DNA of 60,775 nt, counting the filler, from Trichosphaerium sp. ATCC 40318 (Eukaryota; Protista; Tubulinea), in assembly GCA_038496445.1 (NCBI GenBank). It is 4 parts of 4 records of this genome, joined end to end, with 100 filler letters (N's around TTAATTAATTAA, not from the genome) between each part and the next. Parts side by side here need not be neighbours in the genome. Positions count along the whole stretch, not along the records: positions 1 to 20,584 come from JALMLS010000503.1; 3 more parts are not named here. The stretch is one strand, 5' to 3'. The translations under genes and the position numbers were made by a program. Positions 1-11,374 of this stretch are shown piece by piece. The notes under the pieces are model-generated. The model was not told the origin of the DNA. It saw nothing but the letters and a program-made list of their open reading frames with translations, and searched no databases. Each line of letters opens with the position of its first letter. The stretch's first letter is position 1.

Positions 1-541
1 GATGACCCGTGAAATAGCGTATGGGAGTACTGCTTGGGCGCATTACGCCATATTTAGTTGTACCATAACGCAATATCGCACCAATTGCCTCCTTCGCTTG
101 CACATGTTGTTTTTTGCTTGTACAGCGTTGCTACGAACAAACGCATGGCTACTGACCAGTAACGCTTTTAAGTGTACCTTGGACGATCGTTTACGTTATT
201 TAGCCCCTAATACTAAGAATACGCACCGTTGCGCTTATCTTAGGAGTACCTCATTGGAGTTAATCGGACATTCACTTATTTTCACCAATTCGTCTGTTTG
301 ACGCCTAAAAACTCTACTGTAGTGGTAGAATTTCCTCGTACAACGATTTTCACCTTTTAAAAAGATCGCCGTTTAAAAAATGGCGCCCAACCAACAAAAC
401 ATATTAAACACTAGCGACGCAAGAAATGTACCTTAACGATACAAAAATGGTCTTCATTCTTCAATATTAAAGGCAGTTGACTTTCTCAGAATTTGAATAA
501 ATATCAAAACACCAAACATCCCAAACCATCTGTGACGCAAT

Positions 542-3500
542 ATGGGGCAAACCAATAGTCAATACGACAATCTTTGGAATAACATAGGGCAAGAACAAAC
601 ACAGTCCCTAAACAAGTGGAGAAAACAGCTTGAGCAGTTTCATAAGAAAGAGAGAGAGGAGTCAGAAGGTAAGAGATAGACATAGAAACTTGTAAAACCT
701 TTTTCGTATTTTCGCCTCAGTACATCACCTTTGGATTTTTAAAACATATCTAATATCGTATAGCACTACATGAGAAGGAGAAAACATTATGGGAGGCAAA
801 AGTAGATGCTGCAAAGACTTTGAAGGAGGAACTCGAGGAACGATTGGAACAAGCATATAATGGGTCTAGTAGCCTAGAAAAGCAGTTAGAAAGCGAAATC
901 GCAAAAGCGAGGTAATTTGGTAACTTTTAAAAACGGTCGCCAACGTTGTTGGAGAAAAAAAGTGTTTGAGTGTTTCTTTCGCTAGAACTAAGCGTTTGGA
1001 ATACTTTAAAATTGAAATTGAAGCAATTTGCCCAATTTGGAAAAAACTACTCTCGTTTCTCTTTGCGGAGCTCTCTCGGTTTTTTTCGCTTATATAGCGT
1101 TCTTACATGTTTTCTAGTGACTTGACGGCGGAGTTGCAAGGTCTACTATCAGCAAAACAGTTGCTGGAAGATACGAATAAAGCTCTTGAAGAAAAAATCG
1201 AAACTCTTGAAGAACTTAAAAAAGCAGAGACAAAAGTTCTTGAAGATGAGAAAAAGACCTTAGGAGAAAATATCGATGGCCTAAACGCAGAGTTAAAAGA
1301 TCTCAAAGATGAAAAAGAAAAACTTGATAATGATTTTACTCAACTACAAAGCGCACTTGTGGCACGTGACGGTTAAATATTTTTGAAACAAAACAAAACA
1401 GTTTTGGCGGCGACTTTTTTTATGTTTACTCGTATTGTAGGAGAAGGAGAAAGAGTTGGCTATAGCAAGTACATCCAAGGCTTTCCTTGAGGAAAAGTAC
1501 GTTTAATAAGACGATAACTGGCACTAGAGAATTCAGTTGTGATCTTTTTTTAATTGGGTTTTGAGTTTTATTTTTGTTGTATTTGTCTTATTGGGCTCTG
1601 TGCTTATTATTTCGCGTCATAGACTCGATGAGCTCGAGGCTGAATTATTGGCGGTAAAACAAAAATTAAACGAGACTGAGACGACTATGAAAGAGGCAGA
1701 GAGTGGGTTTGTATCAGAGATAGAAGGCTTGAAGGCTACAAATGCTAAACACGTCATTAACAGTGCTGCAGATAAACAATCCTTTGAGGTATTCTGACAT
1801 CATTGTTTTCTTCGCTAAACATTGTGTAGACAAAGTCTACGGCTTTACAGAAGTGTATAGATGATTTAACTGAAGAAAAAGAGGAGCTCATTAGAAAACT
1901 ACAAGAAGCAAATGACAAAAGAGAGTCAATAGAAGGAGATTTAAAGACTACTAACGAACAGCTACACGTCAAAGTCGCTACAACCCAAGAACAAAGCAAA
2001 GAGATAAATGACTTACTTGATAAGGTGCGGATAGTGATGATTGAGGTTGTACGCTTACCTGTGTTTCTAGCTCAATGCTTCAATCGCACAAGAAGCTCTT
2101 TTGAGCAAAAGGATTGAAGAAATTAATGCATCCTTTGAAGAGAAGCTTGATGCTCTTTCTGCTACGCTTGAGAGTACACAACAAGAGCTTAGCGACAGCC
2201 AAAAGCAATATTTACTTGCTGTGGAGGGACAAAAAGGTTAGATTGCTTGTAAAGATACTTACTGTTGTTCTAATCGTATATAATAGAGCTTCGACAAAGA
2301 GTGGATGCGTTAACAGAAGAAATAGAAAAAGAGCGTGCAAGTAACCAGGAATCAAGTACGTAAACACGTTTATTCAAAGAAGACCTTTTGATTGAATAAT
2401 TCAGTTTGAGCAAAAACCTATCTGATGAAATTCTTTTTTTTCTCACCTAGTTCTCTTAGAAGAGCAACGAATTGCACTTGAACAGCAACTTGAGACAACC
2501 AAGGCCAAGATTATTGAATTACAAGCTGAATTAGCTTCATTTGAGTCCTCTACAAAGAAGCAAACTGTATTCCATGCAACTGAAAAATTGAATTTGATGA
2601 ATCAACACAGAGAAGAACTCGAGGAGCTCCAAGCTGCCTTAGATGCACTTAAAAAGAATAAAGAAAACGTTGAAGATGCTTTCGCAAAGCTCAAGTCGAC
2701 ACATGCGGATCTAAACAAGCTCCTTGATGAAAAAATTGATATCATCCTACAAAGAGATGAAACGATTGACGCCATGAAGATTGACATGGAGGGTGTTAGA
2801 ACACGATATGCAGAAGCCCAAGAGGAATTACAACACCGTGATACAGACTTAGCTGATAAAACTGCCGAGCTGAGAGTGAGTGACATTGAGTTCAAAGTTA
2901 AGTAACTTTAAGCTAATCTCTTTTTACTTTAGGATTTACAAACTCGAATTGAACACCTTGAACCTTTCCAACAAAAATACACAGAGCTAGCAAAGCAATA
3001 CGTTGAATTAGAGGAGCAATTTGAGAGTACAAAAGAACTTTTAAAGTCTGCTCAAGATGGTTCTGAATCGCAAACAACACAACTTGAACAAAAGGCAAGC
3101 TTCAAGTTTTTAGTCTCACCCTAGTTTTAACTTTTTTTTGATTACAGGACCGTGAAGCCGCCCAAGTCCGTGAAGAGCTTAAAAAAGTCAAGGAAGCACA
3201 AGAGACACAAATGGAAGATGTACGATAAAACACACTTTTTGAAATTGTCACGTACTTATTGTTTTTTCAGCTTGGATCTCAACTTGAGGCCTTGGAAAAA
3301 TTCAAGGATATGTACAATACCTTGCGTGATACACATACAGAACAAGAGAAGGAGTTAAGAAAACTACAACGTCATAGTGCTGCTGAAACGGATAAAGCCC
3401 AATTGATGGAAATTGAACTTGAAGCAAAAGAAGCGAACCTTTCCCAGATTAGACAAGAATATGATAAAGATACTCGCGAATGGCAGGAAGAGCGCTTAGT

Positions 3501-4258
3501 CATGCAAGCAGAAATTGATAGGCTCAAGCAAGCACTTCAAACTATGGGCGAGGAAGATCGTTACATGTACAGACATACAATTGATGACCGAATGGATGTA
3601 GAAATGGATGCACCAGGTAAGACTATTTAATTTGTTTTTCTTGCTTGAAACTAATTTTGTTCTAAGATTCTCCTGCAAATCTTCCTGCTCCTGACTTTTC
3701 TGGTATTGATGTTGAAGATTCTCATTATGTAATGACTCCTATCTCCACACCTCAACCAGGTACATTCCGTGTACCACGCCCAAGACGACCAAGACACAAA
3801 ACAATCAACTACCTCGAAGTTACAGGTACGCCTTATACTAATTTCCTTTATGAAAGCTCCAGGCGCTGCTAACACTTGTCTAGCGAGAGAGGGTCAAAAA
3901 TGGATAGCAGAAATGGGTGGTATTCATCATACTCATCTCAGTGAGGACTTCGAGTTTCGTCCACGTGAATTTCGGTATGCTACACGTGCTTTTAAAGTTT
4001 TTTACTCAAATTACTAATTATTGCTATAGTGCACCTACTCCTTTCTGGTCCCCTATGCGTAAACCATTAAAGTCTAGGAAGAATGGTAAAGTACGGAAAA
4101 GTATGCCAAGTGCTACTATTTCTAGAACATTATCCAAAAACGCTTGGGTTTCAAAGTACAACAGATTTGGAACAGGTGGTAAACGAAAATCTTTCACTGT
4201 CACTTCTCCATCAAAGAAAAAGGCTATATCTAAAAGAAGAAGAGTTACTATTAAGTAA
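542..4258 (+). CDS. Long coiled-coil protein with N-myristoylation motif (MGQTNS) and basic, SP/TP-rich C-terminal tail; multi-exon
   Basis: ATG at 542 reads MGQTNSQYDNLW. The E/K/L/Q-rich ORF pieces (1107, 1561, 2588, 3259) join across short GT-AG introns and one GC-AG intron (3095-3147). The protein ends PSKKKAISKRRRVTIK*. Confidence 0.75.
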
Positions 4259-4582
4259 CCTCAACTGTATGCTTGTAATTTCCCCAAAACCCTACCCCTT
4301 TTGTTAATAGTAATCAAAAACTGCCTTGTGAAAAAAAAAAAAACCCCGAATGTACATTTTACCTGTTTCTTTGCAAATAATGTTTAAATAAACGCCTTGT
4401 TCTTAATAAGTCTTATCAAGTATCAGTGACTTCTAACCTTACGTCAAAGTCTCTTGCATAGGAGCAACAAATTCAATGAAAAACTGAATCTACTGAGATT
4501 ACATAATAACGCCTTAGGAGTTTGATAGTCAAAAACAGAAACATCACTTTACAAATATTTCCCAAATAGAGACACCTGCGCA

Positions 4583-5335
4583 ATGAAAACTATTGGGATT
4601 ATCGGAGGCATGAGCTGGGAATCCTCGTTGAAATACTACAAGATTATTAACGAAACAGTGAAAGAAAAGCTCGGTGGAACACACTCTGCTAAGAGTATAA
4701 TGTACTCGGTTGATTTCGCAGAAGTAGAAGAGCTACAAAATAAAGGAAATTGGAAAGAAATGGAAAAAATAATGGTAGACGCTGGAAAAGCTCTAGAGAG
4801 CGCAGGAGCCGATGTAGTCGTTATTGCAACAAATACTATGCATAAGCTTGTCAAGGCAATGGAAAAAGAGATAACAATACCTATACTACACATAGCTGAT
4901 CCAACAGGTGAAGCTATTAAGAAAAAAAGCTTAAAGAAGATTATTTTATTGGGTACCAAGTTCACAATGGAAGAAGATTTTTACAAGGAGAGACTTGTAG
5001 ATATCTTTGGATTAGATGTCATTATACCTTGCTTGGAAGATAGAGATGTAGTTCATAGAGTACGTGCAACTCACTATTGAGAAGAAGAAAGCTTATTTTT
5101 TATCCTTAAGGTTATTTACAATGAGCTTGTTGTTGGTAAAATAACTGTGGATTCTAAGAATAACTATGTGGATATTATTGAACGTCTCGCAAAGAAAGGT
5201 GCTCAAGGCGTCATTCTCGGTTGTACAGAGATTGGATTATTAGTTGGTCAAGAAGATGTCAGCATACCTGTATTTGATACTACAATTTTACATGCAAAAG
5301 CGGCTGTAGAGTTTGCGTGTAACGAAGCAAAATAA
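4583..5335 (+). CDS. Aspartate/glutamate racemase family protein (YgeA/RacX-like), one intron at 5060-5110
   Basis: Motifs MKTIGIIGGMSWES, IATNTMH, LLGTKFTM and ILGCTEI. Removing the 51-nt GT-AG intron restores VHR/VIYNEL in frame. Confidence 0.93.
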
Positions 5336-5363
5336 ATAAAAAATCATGTGTTTTTTTCACGAT

Positions 5364-7428
5364 TTATTGACTGATATCAATACTTGTATTGCTACCGCTA
5401 ACCAACAATAAATACATTATGTGAATCAGATCCTACAAGTAATTTGTATGATTTTGGATGCCAAACCGCTTCATTGATATAGTCATTGTCCACTACATTG
5501 AAAACTTAGCAAAAGAAAACAAATGACATTTGGGGTTTTTTCCAAATCTTGGTAACAAAGTACGTACATTGTAGTGTATGTACAACACATTGATGGTATT
5601 TATGAATAAAGAATAACTTTCCTGTAGTACAACCAGTGACTATGAATTTACCATCACTTGAAACACTTGGTTTCAGCATGCAAACACTTTTTTTTGTATT
5701 CTCCATATATTTTCCTGTTGAGAAGCATAAGAAATCACTTGGGCGACAAATTATTTAAAACAAGTACCCAATGCTCCAGAGTATATTGAAAACACAATTG
5801 ATGATGTATCAATATCATACAGTGTTGTTATGACAGGTAAATCGAGATGTTGATCAGGACCTTTAGTTTTCTTACACCAACTAAGAAAACAGGTTAGATA
5901 TTGTAATCAAGTCTTATACGTTTATGCTCTTTGTGATTAGCATACTTTATTACAAGTTGCTTTGAGTCTGGTGTAAACGAACACCCAGATGGCATTCCAT
6001 CAAGATCTATTTTGCAACGCGATTGTACAACTCTACAGTCGGATAACCAGTCTTTTAAATTATATACAACAATAGAACTATTTTTCTTTCTTCTCATTGA
6101 CATCAACGCTTAAGCAAGTAAAGTAAACTTAACTGTTAAATACAGAAACAAGTTGTAAATTGTACCAAGAGTGGTGCCATCTGGAGATACATTCTTGTGG
6201 GTACGTTTTGTATTACCAATACCTTTAAATTTCTTCTCATAACTGTATGTGCGTGTTTCAACATTATACAAGTCCATATGGTTTTTGCTATTGTCCACCT
6301 CTAAATACCACACTGTGAGTAAAACAATAAATTATGTCAAAAAGTGTATAAAAAAGTGACAACAAAAAATTGTTTGCTACAGCCATAAGGCAGTCAAACA
6401 GTACCGTGAATAATACGTGTGGTGTCAAACCATGCAAACTCTAGTATAGGTGTTGGTGGGTTATTAAATGACCCATCACAAGGTGAATAGAGAGGTAACT
6501 TTACCTACAAAAAAAAACAGAGCATTAGGCATAAAAACTCTTTTTTTCTTGGTTATGTACATTGTTTGTGCTTTGATTATTATCATTGAACTTTAATACC
6601 CGAATACGATTTTTGTTATTAAATAATAACCCAAGATACTTTCCATCAGGTGACCATCTGTGACAATAATGGTCTGAAGTGCAAAAACTTTGTGAATAGA
6701 ACTTGCTAAATGTTGTATTGAAAGGATTGGAGATTTCTTCAGGAGAACACACTTGAACATGACATTGTCCAGTAAAGCAAACTTTATCATCGCTGGAAGA
6801 AGGTCTCCAAGAGCAACACCATACCTATCAAGTTTCTTAGAAAATAGTATCAATGAGCTAAAAGTGCTAGTTTGCACCTATGTAACCACGTGGTTACAAC
6901 ATGAATGCAGCAGTGTCGAATTTTTGAAAAACATTTTCTCAGGTGCATGTCTTTAATGGCGAAAACGTACTTCATCGCCAGCATCACCACTGTGTAACTT
7001 TGTAAACCGTTTTATGCACAATACTTTTGACAACTCCTTTACAGTACAATGGTAAAAACGAGAACTGCTATTCGGCTTTTTAACGCACAATACGCCAATT
7101 ATCTGATGTGGGAGTTATATCACAGTCAACAGAAACGATTTCAAGGTATTTTTTCTAAAAAGGCGTCAGATTTAAACAACGATAATTACAAACCTTCCAA
7201 AGCATCTCAAAACGTGATACGCTTGACCAGTAGCTAAATTCAAACTTAAACTAACTTTAATAGTGTCAACATACGAGCAAACCCTTGCAATTGATGGTAA
7301 ATCATATAAATTAGCGTGCTAAAGCGTAATTTTAGGCGAATAACCTCGGAGAATAAAGTTATTACCAAAAAACACTCCAACAAACACTCAACAGGTAGTA
7401 TTGATATATTCTCCGCCATCAAAGCCAT
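5364..7428 (-). CDS. F-box protein with C-terminal WD40-like beta-propeller repeats; multi-exon
   Basis: N-terminal ISILPVECLLECF...YDLPSIARVC is F-box-like. Later exons carry WSPDGKYL, VSPDGTTL, FTPDSKQL and VSSDGKFIVTG blade motifs. Confidence 0.7.
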
Positions 7429-7724
7429 GTCACTTTGTCTTTTCTCTTTGGCGTTGTCCCAGTTCCGAATTAGCATTTGCGATTTTAGTCGGCTAGTAAA
7501 AAAAGGTCAGAGTTTTCCCTTAATTTTCTGAGCTGTTTTCGTTGGTCCCAAAAACTTAACGGCTAAAAGGCAAAGCCGTTTAGCGACCACCTCTGAAACA
7601 ACTAGTAGTAAAACTTCTTATTGGTGCCTTTACAGCTATTATTGTACAAATGAAAAAGTATATAATACAGTACATGAAAACAATATTTATACAAGGCGAA
7701 GTTTTTACAAGGTTGGAAAGTACA

Positions 7725-8761
7725 TTATTCTTTTGTAGCGGATTGCTGCTTCTTCTTCTTCTTTGGGCGTTCTCCACTGTCTCCTTCTTCTTCTCGCTTA
7801 CGTTTAGAGCTTTCCGTAGAATCTGAACTTTGAGTTCGTTTACGATTAGCTTTGTAAAAGTCGACAAGCTTTTTAAATGTTGCCTTCGGCACAACAGTTA
7901 CCTGTTCTGCGTTGGCTACACTGTTGTGTTCCACAGTAAGATGGAGGAGGCATTCTACAAAGGAACTCAGTAATAACAGGAACACATTCCGTACCATGGC
8001 GTGAGTGGAGCTGAGCCTGAAATGGATAACCCATAAGGTCCATACACTCCTCAACTCTGATAATGGTTCTTTTAAGAAATAAATCAAAGTTAGGAATACT
8101 GTCTATATGAGTTACGTCATTGCGTCTCTTAATAATGTAAATTATGTTCTCCAAGAACAACTCAGCTTCTCCACGAGACAATTTTATAAGTGAGCAAAAG
8201 TTGCTCCAGTTATGGTCGTTGTCGAAGAAAGGCCTCCATTTGGGAAGCTCTAGTATTTCAACGCAGCCCTCCCATTGGATTTTATACCCCTCACCTTTTA
8301 CTACCCTGCGTATCGTGTCGCAGAGTTCTTCTAACACAGAGTGAAATCTGTACGTATTCAACCCCCCTACGGCGTCTATGTCGCCTTTTTTTAGGTTGCC
8401 TTGGTTGTTTGGAGTCGGACGCCGGTATGGTAGACGACTTAAAAAAAATTAGAGAAAAAAACCACTTTAACTTGTCAAACAATAATTGACGTAAAAAGTT
8501 TCTGGCGTACCGCGCGGTTGTAGGGCGCTTTACCTGCCGTCGCGGCTCACAGAAATCTCTTACTGGCCTGCGATTGTTCACTTGTTCGCTACTCGGCTGT
8601 TGAGTAACTACGTAAGTTAGTACAAACAACTGTACGATGGAGGGCGTACATGATATAGAAGGTCTGTGTTCATCAATCGAAGATCCTACAAAGCAGTTAA
8701 CCGTTAACGCACGTGTTAATTTATTACCTCCAGAAGTTTGCGTTTTAGGTTGTTGAGACAT
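7725..8761 (-). CDS. Hypothetical nuclear protein with an RxxxxH (HEPN-like) motif and C-terminal NLS; spliced
   Basis: Four GT-AG introns join MSQQPKTQ... to ORF 7873-8361 (contains IKRRNDVTH) and then to ORF 7725-8087 (ends KRKREEE...PKKKKK) with consistent phases. Confidence 0.55.
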
Positions 8762-9295
8762 AGCTTTCTTTTGTTTTAATTTACTGCTACAAGTTTTTGG
8801 GATTGGAGTTGTACTTGTTGAACACCAAGTCAACCATATTCTCGTAGCCGAAAGCATTGCTGATAGGCTTGTGCATGGGATAATTACTCCTATGCGCGTC
8901 ATTGTTGTGTACAATGTGTTAATACCCTGTATTAAAAAAAACTACAGAATGCTCCAATGATCTCAGTTTCAAGCGCCAGAACAATATCCTGATCGTTTAT
9001 AATACTATATCCGTGAGCAACAACGTCCTTTTATAGCGTTTAGGTGCTTTTAACAAATGCAATTGATAATAGTATCAATCACAACCTCCAGAAATTTGAT
9101 TGATTTTTGTACTTTAGTAAAAAAGTTGATCGTATTCCAAGCCGTTTTGGTTTGTAAAACCGTCTAGCTTTAACACTCTATCGCTCATTTTTAAATTATG
9201 AAGCTGACCAGATTGGATAATCGGTTTATAGCCTGGTCAGAAGAATGTTACAAATCAAACTGTTACGTTCAATGAAAGCAATACCACTATGTTCA

Positions 9296-9583
9296 ATGCA
9301 AATCTTCGTAATGCGTCGAAAGACAGTCTAGGAGTCAAGATAATCAGTCTAGAGGTTGAGCAATCCGATACCATCGACAACAGCAAACAAAAGATTCAAG
9401 ACAAAGAAGGTATTCCGCCTGATCAACGACGCCTTGTCTTCGCTTTTAAGACAACTAGGAGATAGTCGCACCATAAGAGATTACAATATCCGGCCAGAAT
9501 AAACACTCCACCTTGTCCTTTGTCTTCGTGGTGGTATGCAAATCTTTGTCAAAACCTTGACTGCCAAGATAATTACAATAGAA
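9296..9583 (+). pseudogene. Degenerate polyubiquitin fragment (one decayed unit plus the start of a second)
   Basis: Reads MQIFV...[33 protein letters not shown], then a frameshift, [16 protein letters not shown], a TAA stop, and [27 protein letters not shown]. Confidence 0.9.
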
Positions 9584-9774
9584 GGTATTAAAGCTCTTGC
9601 TGGTGTTCATAACAAAGGGCATAACTGTCTAAAACACTGTAGCTAGCCATGGAACAAGGCCTGGTGATGAATGCTGAGCTTACAATACAAGATTCATCCA
9701 ATAAATACAAGCATTGTTCATGACTATAAGCGCAACTGTAACGAACCTAACAGTTCAAAATTCAGTTTTATTGT

Positions 9775-11126
9775 TTAGTATCTGTCAACTTCATCCTTTT
9801 CGTCTTGTTCTTCTTGTGGTACACGTTTTCTTAAAAGATTCTCAAGATGTACTCGATACATTTCAAGTGTTTTGATAGGAGAATCCCAAGGTACACGAAT
9901 CTCTCTCCATACATCTGACGTTTTTTCCAAGCCCATCACATCCATACCTTCATAATGTGTTAATAGTTTATACGATAAAAAATCATGCTGATTCTCATTT
10001 TGGGCGACCTTTAAACCCAAAAATCACGTGATGGCCACTAAGAATGTTTTTAAAAAAGCATCCACAAATCGCAACTACACGCTGTTTTTGAACAATGTTC
10101 TTTGATTCGAGGGTACAGTTGAATAATAGACACTACATGTCTTACCTTTGCAGTCAAAGCCAGAAAAGTAAGCATCAATAAATTCTACGTCTGCATATTG
10201 CTTTACTAATGTTAATAACTCTTTTGCAAATGTTTCGTTCATGTCTGTAAGAAGTTTTCGGGAAACAGGAGCAATAGGATCTTGAGGAGCAGATTCATAC
10301 TCATCAGGGAAAACTTGTTTCATTTGACCATTACTAGAACAGGACGTAAGTCGACATACGCGTGATTCTTTCTACAAATACATACCTTCTTAATAATAGA
10401 ACATCTCTAGCTTCCATTTCCAAGAAAGCAACATCATCCTTTAGTTCTTTGAGTTTATTTTTGCTACCCTCTTGATTTTCTTCAAATTTATCCAACACTT
10501 TTTCAATTTCTTTATCATCCTTCAATTCTCTTACTTTACCTGTTACTGTTACACGCGTAAGTGGGAGAGTTTCAGGATCTCTTCCTTTAGGAGGTAATTG
10601 TGTAACCTACAGCCAAACGTTAGTCGCTAAATCCAAAAAAAGCTGACAATTCAGTGAAACTTGAGTGTCAGACTCGTACAACTAAATTACTCATTTTGAC
10701 ATCTGCCAAATGCTTGTAATGTGGTGAATCTTTCTTTATGGAAATAAATGGATGGCATTTGTTCATATCAACCAGTGTGTAGGGCACAAACGAGGAGTAC
10801 ATTGGCCCTTCGTTGCCTTGTTCGGCGTCTTTTATGTTTTGCAGTGTTACTGTGGTATAAACACCTGCCATACGCGCTTGAAGCATTGCTTTGGCCTTGT
10901 CAGCTACAGCTAAGTTGTATTTGGCAAATTCTGTTTCATTAATAGGTTGGGCTTCACTATCTTCGTGTTCAATGCCAACTTGAAGGGGTCTGTTAATATA
11001 ACTAAGAGAGGTCACAGAACTTACTGAAAGAATCGCTACCGCCTTCATCTACCTCACAGTATTGACGAACGATCCTACGAGCTTGATAGAAGTTAGTATA
11101 CGCCATGGACGCCTGTATTTGTACCA
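9775..11126 (-). CDS. HugZ / pyridoxamine 5'-phosphate oxidase-like split-barrel protein with DUF2470-like C-terminal domain; multi-exon
   Basis: Motifs ADKAKAML...YSSFVPY...ISIKKDSPHYKHL...RVTVTGKV and YESAPQDPIAPVS..LLTDMN..F...GFDCKGMDV...IRVPWDSP. The start codon is approximate. Confidence 0.7.
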
Positions 11127-11374
11127 TTTACGCGTTTTACGTGTGATTTAATTGAAATAGTGCCTTTTGGGCGCACGACGCTCGGTGATGTCCTTTTAAC
11201 CGTTAGAGAGTGCTATCCGAAATAATTTGTACAAAGATGTGCCACCATGTCGCAAACTCAGTGTGTATAACTTGTTTAGCATCGTCTTGCTTATACTGTT
11301 ACAAACAACTCTTGAAATGGCAGTCACGCTTAGTCCTCGTAAAACAGGCTACCAGCGTAGCAACTACAGGCAGA

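Noticed and set aside
4583-5335. Bacterial contamination as the source of the racemase
   Set aside because: It has a canonical spliceosomal intron and is contiguous with intron-rich eukaryotic genes.
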